In this document: positions 1 through 11,896 of the stretch, piece by piece
Position numbering within the stretch: position 1 is the first letter of the stretch
Layout of the letters: every line of letters starts with the position of its first letter
NCBI RefSeq assembly: GCF_018350175.1
Contig: NC_058382.1
Location: 49,478,001 to 49,542,000, forward strand
Direction of reading: 5' to 3'
Origin: Felis catus
Lineage: Eukaryota
DNA length: 64,000 nucleotides
Translations under genes and position numbers: made by a program
The notes under the pieces: generated by a model
What the model saw: the letters and a program-made list of their open reading frames with translations, nothing else
What the model was told of the DNA's origin: nothing
Database searches by the model: none

Positions 1-14
1 TGTGTGTTCCTGGC

Positions 15-163
15 GCTCTGTAGGAATGCAGATTTTAAAAAAAGAAGTGCAAAGTAATGAACCCCACCCCAGACCTATCTGGGGTAGAGGGATATCTGGG
101 GTTATCTGTGTTTCAACAGGTTTTCCAAGTGATTCTTACATGTGCTAAAGTTGGAGAACCACT
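15..163. mobile_element. MER5A-like hAT-Charlie MITE fragment
   Basis: atctgtgtttcaacagg...gtgattctta...gctaaagttggagaaccact resembles the MER5A terminus. Confidence 0.6.
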
Positions 164-297
164 CTTGCAGAGAAATCCATTTCTTAGTTCTCTGCCTGAA
201 AGTTCCATTTCTTCTACAAAATATCCCAAAAAGATTTTCACAGTATAGGAACCTGCAGTTAGGGCTCTTAAGTAATACAGGTGGTTGGTTGCTGGTG

Positions 298-1725
298 TTT
301 TTTTAAATATAGTTTACGTACTATAAACTTCATCTATTGTAAATGTACAATTCGGTGATTTTTAGTAAACACACAGTAGTACAACTATCACTAAAATCCA
401 GTTTTGCAACTAAAATCCAATTATATGTTTGTGGTGAGTCCCTGCTTCCACCTTCAGTCCCAACCACTTACGCTTCTTTCTCTGGATTGGTGTTTCCTAG
501 AGATTTCTTATAAATGAAAGACTATATAGTCTTTTGCATTTGGCTTCCTTGACTAGGTTCATCCATGTTGAATGTGTTGTTCCTTTTTATTGCTAAATAG
601 TATTCTGGTACATGAATTTACTACATTTTGGCTATCCATTCACCAAGTGATAAGACATTTGGATTGTTTTTAGTTGAGGTAGTTATGAATGATGCTGCTG
701 TGAACATTCACATGCGGGTTTTTGTGTGGTCGTGTATTTCCACCTGGGAGGTCTTTGTTTAACCTTTTAAGAAACTGACAAACATTTTCAAAGTGGCTGT
801 ACATTTAAGCAGTGAGTGAGGGTTCCTATTTTGTCACATCCTCTCAACACCTGGTATTGTCAGTCTTAGGAATTCTAGTAGGTATGTAGTGGTATCTATT
901 TGTGGTTTTAATTTGTGTTTCCCTAATAAGTAATGATGTTGAGCTTATTTTCATGTGTTCATTAGCAATTTATATATTCTCTTTGGTGAAATGTCTTCAA
1001 ATCTTTGCTCAATTGGTTTTGTATTGGGTTGTTGTCATCTTATTATTGAGTTATAAGAATTCCTTATGTATTCTGGATACAAATCTTTTATCAGATATGT
1101 GATTTGCAAATAATTTCTCCCAATGTGTGGCTTGTCTTTTCATTTTCTTAAGTGGTTGTCTTTTGAAGAGCAAACATTTTAAATTTTGATTAAGTTCAGT
1201 TTTATCAATGTTTTTCTCTTATTGATTATGCTTTTGGTGTCATATATGAAAAAATCTTTGCCTGACCCAAGGTCACAAAGATTTTCTCCTATGTTTTTAT
1301 CTAGAAGTTTTATAGTTTCAGCCCTTACATACGTCAATATTCCATTTTGAGTTAATTTTGAGATATGGTGTGAGATAAGGGTGTAAGTTCTTTTTTCTCT
1401 CTCTCTCTCTTTTTTTTAACATCATTGCAGCAGTAATCTAGATACCAGTTGTTGAAAAGACCATCTTTTCCCCACTGAATTCCCTTGGCAAAATCAACTG
1501 GCCATTAAGTGTAAAGGATTATTTCTGGACTCAGTTCTCTTCCATTGACTTACGAGTCTATCAGTGTTTTGGTTACTCTTGGTTACTTACAGTTTTATCG
1601 TAAGTTTTAAAATCTGGTAGTATATGTTTTCCAACTTTGTTATTCTTTTTCAAAATTGGCCATACCAGGTTGTTTGTATTTCCATCTGAATTTAGGATCA
1701 CCTTGCCGATTTCTACAAAATGGTT
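298..1725 (-). mobile_element. Old L1 (L1MB-like) 3' fragment: 3'UTR plus degenerate ORF2 end
   Basis: Minus-strand ORF 1573-1755 (FVEIGKVILN...ILKKNNKVGKHILPDFKTY) resembles the L1 ORF2 C-terminal region; T-rich antisense L1 texture throughout. Confidence 0.85.
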
Positions 1726-2429
1726 ATCCCTTTTTGAATCTTGAAGATTTTTCATTCAGGAGTCTCAGACTTCTCAGAGAGGAGCTGAAACTGACTCACT
1801 GCTCTTTGAGAGGTTATAACAAACGGTTCCTGAGAGACACTTGCTGTCGTGGCACTGCTCCAAGTTAGGCATGTTCTGTTTAACAGCTAGTGAGAACACA
1901 GGTCAAGGCCAACTCCTGAGCAGCAATGGCTGGGGTGTTTCCCTTCACCTCGAAGTCTCACCGGTTGTTGGCACTCCATAAATACTTAATAGGAGTGAGA
2001 GAGCATCTGCGATAAAGAACAAGTTGAAGATGAAGCATTTATCTTCTCTCTCCTGTTTGAGCCTTCCTTACTTTAAAGCCATCTTGATACCAGAATGTTT
2101 TGAAGCAGCCTGGCCAAGCATGGCTCTCTCTTCATTGAGTTACAGGCAGCGTCTTGGTTGATTGCTTTTATCAGATTTTTTTCACCTGTTCTTGCCTAAG
2201 CCTGTAATACATTATCACTCAAACCAGACATGCTTTTATCTTTTTAGAAGCTTGCAAGGGGAAGCTCTGGTGCTTTTCTTCCTCAATTTTACTTAGAGGA
2301 ACATTTTATCTCTTTCTTGCAAAGGTTGGCTGTTCATCTTTTAACATTTTAAATGGGCATTTCTTTTGAACAGGCTCTTTCCAAAAACTGTACACTTCTT
2401 CCTTCTATTTCACCAGGCCTTTTATGCCA

Positions 2430-2600
2430 GATTCACTTAGACCCAACTAATATTTACTGAGTGTTTGATATATTCAGACTGTCAGTTTAGGCCCTACTAG
2501 ATGTGGAGAAATGGATAAAACCTAGTTCTTGGCCTCATGGAGCTTGTAGTCTGGTCAGAGAGACACTGGGTAATGTTAAGTGCACAAATAGCTATAGAAG
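2430..2600 (-). mobile_element. L2 3' end fragment
   Basis: atatttactgagtg...cctcatggagcttgtagtctgg is typical antisense L2 3' end sequence. Confidence 0.6.
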
Positions 2601-2901
2601 GTAGCAATTTAAGAAATTGGGAAGGTCTCAGGGTTGGATGAAGTCCTGGTTCTTCAAGGAACCTCCTGTGAATCAGGGGCTCCCTTTGCTTCATATTTTT
2701 AAAACCATGATCTTTCAGAATTTAATTCTTGGAAGTCTCTTGTGGCAGTTTAACCTTGCTGACTGTAGAACAGATAGAGGGCTTGACTTCCAGACTTCCT
2801 TGTCCTCTTGGGTCACTTTGCTGTCTCTGATTTTACCAGGCTCTAGGATGTATTTTTAATTATGTTATTTGATGGGTACTCTGTTTTCCCTTGGAGGGGG
2901 G

Positions 2902-2903
<2 letters not shown>

Positions 2904-2951
<48 letters not shown>

Positions 2952-2977
2952 ATACACATATATATATACACACACAT
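2904..2977. repeat. (TA)n microsatellite with mixed CA/TA tail
   Basis: Directly visible. Confidence 0.95.
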
Positions 2978-3302
2978 TGTGTGTAAAACAAATGAACTAT
3001 GGGTAACATGCTTATAAAGGGAGTAACATAATATTTTAAGCACCTCATCTGTTATTTAATATATTTTTTAAAGTGGGATTCTTTTCTCTAACGTTGCTTA
3101 ATACTTCCACCGGAAAAAGAAGGTGTCGGAGGATTTGCAGTAGTGACTCTGTTAGCCGCTCTCCTGTCCCTTTCTGTACTGTGGGAAACCCTTTTGAGCA
3201 GAATCTCCTGGCAGGTATCCTGGTTGGATCTGTGGGCAGTGCTTGTCTGGTGGTCTCATGGATCCCGTTTAGATACCTGTTCTTTGAGCACTTGGTGTGA
3301 GA

Positions 3303-3338
3303 GTTTGTTTGTTTGTTTGTTTGTTTGTTTGTTTGTTT
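3303..3338. repeat. (GTTT)n microsatellite
   Basis: Directly visible. Confidence 0.95.
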
Positions 3339-3997
3339 TTAATCTAACCCACACCCATGCAAACCACATTCCCCGTGCCAGCACCAAAATAGCCCTGGCC
3401 ATGACTCAAGAAAAACCTGGTAAGTGACCTAAAATTAAATGCATGAACTCTCCCTGCCCTTTGCATTACATTTTTGTTGTTGTTATTAGGTATTGTTGTC
3501 TTTTTTCCCCTTAGGAAAAGTCCGGGGAAAAGTTTGAGTCATTATCCTAAGCACAGAGAAGGGATGGATGGTTGGGGAAGGAAGATTATTGTTAAAAAGC
3601 ACAGGTGGGGCCAATGCAAATTTTACTGAATCTGAGATTTTCTTTTTTGTTGTTTTTTTAAGGAGATAGAAGTTTATAAGATTTTGTTTTTCAATAGCAA
3701 TAAAGATTCCATGACATTATCCATCCCCAGTTTTGTCCCAGAAATCCCTGTTATGATCTTGACTTTGACCATGAACCATATTACACCTGGTGCCTGTAAG
3801 CCTACTCTGCTGAGTCTTCTCCTTAATGAGCTCACTGAGTACTCACAGGTGCAGAGTGTGGTATATTTGCCCCCAGCACCTTTCTGATTATAGGAGATTG
3901 TGCAAGGCTTGAAAGGGGGGCAGTAGCCTAAAGTTGGTGTTTATTCTGACTTAAAAATAAGCGTCTTGGATATTAAAATGCTTTCTTTGCTGTTTTC

Positions 3998-4219
3998 TTT
4001 TTTTAATGTTTTTATTTTATTTTTGAGACAGAAAGAGCACAAGCAGGGGAGGGGCAGAGAGAGAGGGACACAGAATCCACAGGCTCTGGAGGGGCAGAGA
4101 GAGAGAGAGGGACACAGGCTCCAGCACAGAGCCTGACACGGGGCTCGAACTCACGAACCACGCGATTGTGACCTGAGCCTAAGTCAGATGCTTAACTGAC
4201 TGAGCCACCCAGGTGCCCC
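3998..4219 (-). mobile_element. Can-SINE with internal duplication
   Basis: Ends tgagccacccaggtgcccc; T tail; imperfect TSD tctttgctg. Confidence 0.92.
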
Positions 4220-4442
4220 TCTTTGCTGGTCTTAACCTTCCTGCTGCGGTAATGGTAGTTATGCTGGTGAGCTTACTGTCTTCTGAAAAGACAAATGTGT
4301 ACAGAGAGTAGAGAACAGCATTGTGGGACTTTTAAAAACCATTATGAGTCCTTTAGAGTTTAACATTTGTGTTTATTTAGATCTCAGAGTTTTTTATTTT
4401 TACAAAAAATTAAGCATTTCAACTATATACAGGAGTATATGA

Positions 4443-4612
4443 GGGGCATGTGGGTGGCTCAGTCCCTTGCGTGTACAATTCTTGATTTCGGCTCAGGTCA
4501 TGATCTCAGGGTTGTGAGACTGAGCCCCTCATGGGGCAGCAGGCTGGGCATGGGGCCTGCTTGCCTTCCTCTGCCTGCCTCTCTTCCCCCCCCCCCACCA
4601 AAAAAAAAATAA
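4443..4612 (+). mobile_element. Older Can-SINE
   Basis: ggggcatgtgggtggctcagtc head, CT-rich region, A tail. Confidence 0.85.
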
Positions 4613-4851
4613 AGACAGAAAGAAGGAAAAAGTACCTATCACCAAGATGAAATGTTTCTATTATTCTTTAACATTCTTGTGAATTTACCTGTGCTTGTAC
4701 CACCACCCCCACCACCACAACAAAATGTAATGCAAAGGGCAGGGAGAGTTCATGCATTTAGTTTTAGGTCACTTATACCATTTCCTGATGCAGACAATCA
4801 TACCACACTTGTGTTTCTTCCTTTCTAGTCCTTGTATCTCTTCTCTTTTTC

Positions 4852-5084
4852 CTTCCTTTCTTTTTTTTTTAATGTTTTTATTTACTTTTGAGAGAGAGAG
4901 AGACAGACACAGAGCATGAGTGGGGAGGGAGCAGAGAGAGAGGGAGACACAGAGTCCGAAGCACGCTCCAGGCTCTGAGCTGTCAGCACAGAGCCCAACG
5001 TGGGCTGTGCTCTCATGAACCGCGAGATCATGACCTGAGCTTCTGAAGTCAGACTCTCAACCGACTGAGTCACCCAGGCGCCCC
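4852..5084 (-). mobile_element. Feliform Can-SINE
   Basis: TSD tcttctctttttc at 4839-4851 and 5085-5097. Confidence 0.93.
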
Positions 5085-5098
5085 TCTTCTCTTTTTCT

Positions 5099-5482
5099 TG
5101 TTCTACTAGTTTGCTAAGGGTGCCGTAACAAGGTACACAGACTGGGTGGTGCAAACAACAGAAATGTATTTACTCACAGTTTTAGAGACTGGGAGTCCAA
5201 GATCAAAATGTTCAGCAGGGTTGATTTCTTCTGAACCTCCATCTATGGCTTGTAGATGGCTTTTTCCTCGTGTCTTCACATGGTCGTCCTCTGTGTGTGT
5301 GTCCTAATCTCCACTTCTTCATTAGGATATAGTCATACTGGATTAGGGCCTGCTATAGTGACCTCATTTAACCTTAACTATTTCTTTAGTAGCCCAGTCT
5401 CCAAATACAGTCATGGTCTGGGTTACTAGGGGTAAAGACGTCAACATAGAAATTTTAAGGGGATACAGTTCAGCCCATAACA
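5099..5482 (-). mobile_element. MLT1 (ERVL-MaLR) solo LTR, MLT1A/B/C-like
   Basis: tgccgtaacaaggtacacagactgggtgg...aacaacagaaatgtatttactcacagtt...cagttcagcccataaca. Confidence 0.85.
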
Positions 5483-5585
5483 CTATACTGGCTCAGCTGT
5501 CTAATACACCCCTAACTTAAAGCAGTGATTGTGGGCATCCTTGATTTGTTTCTGACCATAGAGAGATTTTAAAGAGAATGTTCTT

Positions 5586-5587
5586 TT

Positions 5588-5626
<39 letters not shown>

Positions 5627-5786
5627 CAGGGGAGGTGCAGAAAGAGTGGGGGAGGACAGAGAATCCAAAGCAGACCAGACCCCAAGCTGTCAGGACAGAG
5701 CCCAACGTGGGGCTCGAACTTACACACCATGAGATATGACCTGAGTCCAAGTCGGCCCTTAACCGACTGAGCCACCCGGGCACCCC
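5586..5786 (-). mobile_element. Can-SINE inserted in an old L1 fragment
   Basis: Perfect 17-bp TSD ttaaagagaatgttctt (5569-5585, 5787-5803); (GA)n tract. Confidence 0.93.
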
Positions 5787-6429
5787 TTAAAGAGAATGTT
5801 CTTAAAGTTACACCATGGAAAGTGATCGTTGCTGTGGTTTGTAGATACCTTTCACTAGATTAAAGAAATTCCTTTTTTTATCTTGTTTGCTCTCAGAAAT
5901 CGATTTTGGAGACTTCCCAACCCCATGAGGGCTCTCTTCACAAGTTAGAGTCAGAAAACGGAAATACCTGGCCTTCCTAACAGCGGGGTTTAGAGACATG
6001 GCCTTGGCTGTGTCCAAAGGCTAATGTGGAAAGAACAATCTGAGGCCAAGGAGGCAGCATGCTAACAGAGTCCAGTTCTAGCATATAAATGGCATGCGGG
6101 GGAGGGCGGTGGATACGATGGTGGCACTTTCCTCAGATGCCCCCGAGGTGCAAGCCCCTCATCCGTCCAGTGTCGTGGTGTGGTGTTTGGCTTTGTCACT
6201 AGAAGATTAGCTTCCAGTTCCTGTTATTCTGCTACCGTCCTTTTAATTAAGTTTTTTTCTGTCTAAACGCCGTGTCATTTTCTGCTGGTTGCTACGAGGA
6301 ACGTTTTTTGGCCCAGTTGTCCTCCCTTCCACTCTCTCTGAGTATGCTCTCTGGTCCTTCCCTAGGTTTTTGAGTTGGGCCCTCCAATTTGTGATTTTCC
6401 ATTATGTTTATTTTCTAGTACATGCATTT

Positions 6430-6620
6430 TTCACATCTTTACTGAGATATAGTTTACATATAATTCGCCCATTTAAAGTGCACGGTTCACTGGTTAGTAT
6501 GTTCAGAATTGTGCAACCACCACCAGCATCAATTTTAGAATATTCTCATTACCCCAGAAAGAAACTCCACTCTCTCTAGACATCTCCCATTTCCCCCAAG
6601 TCTCCTGGAGCTGGGCAGTG
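6430..6620 (-). mobile_element. L1MB-like 3' end fragment
   Basis: tttactgagatatagtttacata...ttgtgcaaccaccacc...ttttagaatattctcattacccc. Confidence 0.7.
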
Positions 6621-7179
6621 TACTTGCTTGCTGTTTGTAGAGATTTGCCTGTTAAGTATATGCATTTTAAATTGCCCCTGGGTTCTGCTTTCCTGTGTCC
6701 CACAAACTATTTTTAATCATAGAGGAATTATTGTTTATCCCCTTTTATTGTTTCTTTCTAGAGATCACTTCGATATTAACATAAGAGGCCTTATGTTTGG
6801 TAAGTTAATATTTGGGATTCATGGCTATTGAATATATATGAAAATATTATTCTTAGATCTCTTGGTGAAGTTGGCAGTTACATTTCCTTAGATGATCCAA
6901 CACAAATGCACACTATTACCTGCTGTGTTTAAAGTAGTATGAAATCTAGATCCCCTGAAATAAATGAACTAATTCTCCCTTTAATGAGCTCCTGGGGACT
7001 TCCTTACTTCTCTAGGTTACTTGGATTGGAATCATATCATTCATTAAGTGCTTCCAGTTTTCTCATCCCTTCTTTTTAACCCCCACACTCATTACCATAT
7101 TTAATTGCCTTGATATATACCCAGGGTTTTTTATGTTTGTAATTGTACGAAATACATTTTTTTCTTGTTCTCAACTTGC

Positions 7180-7430
7180 TCCCTTGAAAAATTTCAATCC
7201 CATAGAAAACTTGAAAGAACAGGACAATGAACACCTGTATCCCGTCGTTTAGTTTCACCCAGTTAACATCTTGCCGTATTTGAACTTCTCTTCCCTCTGT
7301 GTCTCATGTATTTTTTTTCTGTACCATTTGAAAGTAAGGTGTAGTCACCATGACATTTACTCCTAAATACGATCTAATTAGTATACTTAATATTACATCC
7401 TTATTCAGGTTTATACTTGTCCCCAAAATG
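7180..7430 (-). mobile_element. L1MC-like 3' fragment
   Basis: aaaatttcaatcccatagaaaacttgaaagaa...ccatttgaaagtaag...tttactcctaaatac. Confidence 0.6.
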
Positions 7431-8959
7431 TCCTTTTTCTTGTTTGCCTTTTCTTTCCTCCTTCCCTCCCTTGCTTCCTTCCTTCCATAGTATCTTACCC
7501 TTTGAAATTCTGAATCCTTCTTTATGTCTTTAATTTTCAAATATCCTTATTTTATAGGCCCAGTCAGATTGGATTGTTTCTGGGTTCCTGCCCCTGACTG
7601 ATCGTTTTGTAATTTTTGACATGAAGCTCATCGCAAGCAGGGTGTAGGAAGTCCAGGCCCAGGGCCACGGGCCTCAGGGGAGACTTTCCTTGCTCTGTGG
7701 ATAGACAGACCTTTCTCTCTCTCAGTTTCTGGCACTTGGGGATTTCCAGTCTTTTCTTTTGTTCTCCAATTGTATGAGATATTTGTAGCAGTAGGCTTTT
7801 CTGTTTCTGTAGGCCGTCCTATTAGTCTAACTGGAAGTTCCCCTGACTTTCGTCTTCAGAATTGAGACTTGGTGCCTCAGAGAATGTTTACGGTCACAGG
7901 TTTACTCTTCTGCGAACTTCCAGCAAGTGTCCAAAGTTGTTGTCTTTCTCTCCATCGAGCAAATCCTGGAATCTTAGCTCCCAAGTTATTCGCCCTGATT
8001 ACAAAGTTCTTACAAATCCTTATAATTTTTTAAATAACTGGGGCTTGGAGAAGGGATGGGGTGATGGAGCCGTGTAGGGAGGGTAGTGATGTTGTCTGAA
8101 GTCACAAGTGTCTTGTTGCTTAATCTTTCAGCTCTTAAGGGCGTCAGTGCGTCAGCATGTCAGCATTTGAAATGTGTCAAAACTGTTTGCTTTTCAATGT
8201 GATCGAGCCCCAGCAAAGTTACTACCTTTTATAAGATGAGAAGGATCATGGTTCCCTCCCCTGCTGAGGTTGTAGTTTGAAGGATTTATGACTTTTTAAC
8301 ATTTTCTCTTTTTAGACAGGATCTTATTGTCAACAACAGATAGAAACTGTGGGTCCAGAGCATGTTTTCTCCTGTTTCTCATGAACTTTACCAGCAAATG
8401 ATGGTTTAGGAGCTCTCAAAGCTGGGAGAACTCCATTTGGACAAACCCAGGCTTGGGTATGGTGGGTGTGAAACACTCATTTAAAAAAAAAAAAAAAAAC
8501 TTCTCTATAATTTTCAGTTTGCAAATTTGCTGCTGCCCCAATGTAACTATAGAAAACATCTGTTTTTTTCTCCTTGTGACCCACTTGACCTACATTTTCG
8601 CCCCCAAAATTATCTATTGATCTCCCTCCTCATATCTCATGTAATGCCAAGAATACTGTCCCAAGGAGGAAGAGAAGTTGTTGTCTTTAGGCATAAATGG
8701 TTCGGAAATATCAGTTAACATTTTTGGTAATTGATTAACTTTCCTTTAGTTTTAGAATTAGAAGGTAAAGGTTTCTGTGGTTGAGAAACCTCTACGGACT
8801 TTGGTTTTCCTTCTCTCCAGTAAGTGGTTAGACTACGTTAGTAGTTCTTAACTAGGGAAATATTTCAGAATCGTCTGAAGAACTTCGGTTTAACTTTCTA
8901 CTTTGAAATAATTATCGATGCTCTGGAAGTTGTGAAAATAATAGAGTGGCTTGTAGCTT

Positions 8960-9440
8960 TGTGCCGTTTCCCCCAGTGGTACATCTTCCATAACTTAATG
9001 AGGAAACTGACATTGGTACCCTTGACACAGTCCGCAGACCTTATTCACGTCTCACCAGTTTGACACGCACCCATTCGTACATTAGGCAGTTTTTGCAGTT
9101 TTATCACACGTGTGAGTTCGAGTATCGACCACCACAGTCAAGATAGAGCGTTCCATCTCTGCAGAGATCCCTAGCGCTCTCCTCTGTGATCATGCCAATC
9201 CCCCTTCCCCCATTCCTAACCCCTGGCAGCCACTGAGCTGTTCTCCATCTTTATAAATTCATAGTTTTGTTTATGTTGTATAAATGGGATCATAGAGTAT
9301 GTCACCTTCAGGATTGGCTTTTTTTACTTAGCGTAATTCCCTTTCTGTGTTGTTGTGCGTATCAGTAGCTCCTCCCTTTTTTGGGGAAGGTTAAGTATAT
9401 TTCATGATACGGATGGACCATAGTTTATTTAAGCCACTTG
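8960..9440 (-). mobile_element. L1MC/MD-like 3' fragment
   Basis: aaactgacattggtac...accaccacagtcaagatag...cctaacccctggcagccactga. Confidence 0.65.
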
Positions 9441-9467
9441 AAGAACTTTAAAAAATACTAATCTGCT

Positions 9468-9678
9468 GGGGCACCTGGGTGGCTTGGTTGGTTGAGCGTC
9501 CAACTTCGGCTCAGGTCGTGATCTTGCAGTTCATGAGTTTAAGCCCCTCATCGGACCCTCTGCTATTAATGCAGAGCCCGCCTCGGCTCCTTTGTCCCCG
9601 TCTCTCTCGGCACTTCCCCTGCTCGTGCTCTCTTTCTCTCTCAAAAATAAAATAAAAAACAGTAAACAAAATTCTTAC
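9468..9678 (+). mobile_element. Can-SINE
   Basis: ggggcacctgggtggc head; near-TSD aaaaatac..atctgctgg. Confidence 0.9.
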
Positions 9679-9923
9679 AAAAATACACATCTGCTGGTAC
9701 ACCCTACTACCACTTCCACCACTGGCCATCTCAAATATATCTTTTGCTATGCTTGTTTCGTCATCATATGCCTATTCATCTATCCACTCTTCTATCCATC
9801 ATCCATCAATCTGATGTTTTGATGCATTTCGAAGTAAATTGCAGACATCCCTATACTTCCCTCTAAATATTTTGACATGCATACCATTAACTGGTATTCA
9901 TACTTGTTTATAGTTTCTTTCTC

Positions 9924-10020
9924 TTTTTTTAAAGATTTTATTTTTAAGTAACCTCTACACCCAATGTGGGACTCGAGATCAGGAGTCACATGCCTTTCTG
10001 ACTGAGCCAGCCAGGCGCCC
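9924..10020 (-). mobile_element. Short tRNA-like Can-SINE within an old L1 fragment (about 9800-10150)
   Basis: ctgactgagccagccaggcgccc end; TSD ttatagtttct. Confidence 0.8.
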
Positions 10021-11508
10021 TTATAGTTTCTCTTGATGTAAAATTTACATACGATGAAATGCACACATTTTGAGAATGTGTTCACTGAGTTTTGGCAAAT
10101 GCATATGCAAGCACACTTCAAACTCCTATCGAAATAGAAAAGTTACATCACCCTACGAACCTCAGATTGTGGGTCAGTAGACTTACAGTAGACTGGCAGC
10201 CCAAGCATGAGCCCAAGCAAAAGGTCCCTAATTTTGATGAGACTGAGTATGACGCATGTCTTTCTAAAGAACCCCTGGTGATGTGATAGACCTTCTTCAG
10301 GCCCAAAGACTTGCTTAAGGTGAGGCTAGGTCTTCTCATCTCAGGGGTGAGTGACATCCTTACTCCTGCAAAGCCACCTCCATCCTCAAGGAAACGGGTC
10401 CACCAGAGACAGTAAAATGAGATAACGGTGCAGCAGACACAATGTGACCACCACATAAACTCTACAATCAACATTTTCCTGTATTTGCTTGATCACAAAT
10501 CATTCATCAGTGCAATCCTTCACCAACCTATCTTCTAAACTGTTTCGATGCCTTTCCCCAAATGCAGTGTTAAGCTCTGCATGATCTCCTCTGTGATTCT
10601 GCTCCTTTGCAGCACAAGCTTAGAGAACTAAAACAGAGCTGGTAGCCCATGTGAAAATGAAGAGAATCTAAGCTTGCAGATGTGAGAAGCATTTTCGTTT
10701 GCTGCCATTGGGGAGATGACGTGTGTATTCCCGAGGCTAGCTAGACATCCTGTGACTTGGCTCCGTGAGGCGTCTGTACTGGAAGCGAAGGAGGAACCTC
10801 CCGAGGAAGTGGACTCTTTCTTAAAGTCCTGGCTAGGTAGGCTGACTGCCTTCCTGAAGCCCTATTTATAGATCCCAGAGGAAATCTAGGGGATTTTATC
10901 TCACTTCCCACCCTACCTTATAAAATTAGTTCAGGTGGGTGGTTAGAATCCTAATGTTAAACAGCAATTATCTAAATATACATGTAAGGTAGGAACAGAG
11001 GGTCAGAAAAGAATTATATTCTCCAACTTGAGGACTCCAGCTGACAAGATAAAAACTACAGTGCCCAATATCTGCAGCCGTCAAGGGTTGAGTGTGAGCC
11101 TAGAGGTTTCCTTCTCTTTGCATCCGTAATTCCTATCATAGGTGTGCCTCATGCTGCAGAACACGATTCGTGTATTAAATAAGCAAATTTGACTCATCTA
11201 AATAGTTTTCTTCATAAGCTCAGATTATGTCTTTTCAGTCTACGATTTGGTATGACACTTCACATTGTCGAGAAAATCTTGACAGGAAAAGAATCTGTAG
11301 GGTATTTCCGGTTGGCCTGGGCTCCCTACGCCTCTGCTGTAGTGGCCGTGGGCTTATTTGGTTCATCCTGGTGGCTCAGATTCTTCTGTTACATTCCCTG
11401 TGGTGGTCAGCGTCTTCCCAAGCTCAGGTCAAAACTTTGCTTCTCATTGAATCATGTGTCTCTTCCTTCGGTGTATAGGTTCACTTCCGTTTTACTGTAT
11501 TTAAAAAA

Positions 11509-11896
11509 TTTTTTAATTTTTTTTAATATTTATTTTTTGAGGGAGTGCAAGAGAGTGAGCGGGGGGAGGGGCAGAGAGAAAGGGTGACAGAGGACCTGAA
11601 GCGGGCTCAGTGCTGTCAGTGCAGAGCTGGACATGGGGCTCAAACTCACGAACCGTGAGATCATGACCTGAGCTGAGGTCGGACACTCAACTGACTGAGC
11701 CACCCAGATGCCCCTATTTTATTTTATTTTATTTTATTTTATTTTATTTTATTTTATTTTATTTTTCAAGATTTTTTTTTTAAGTAATCTCTACATCCAG
11801 TAGTGTAGTGTAGAGTAATCTCTATACCCAGGCTCGAAGTCACAACCCTGAGATCCAGAGTTGCACACTCTTCTGACTAAGCCAGCCAGGTGCCCC
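11509..11896 (-). mobile_element. Tandem Can-SINEs: long copy (11509-11714), (TTTTA)n (11715-11765), short copy (11766-11896)
   Basis: Two SINE heads on the minus strand separated by a pentanucleotide tail. Confidence 0.9.
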
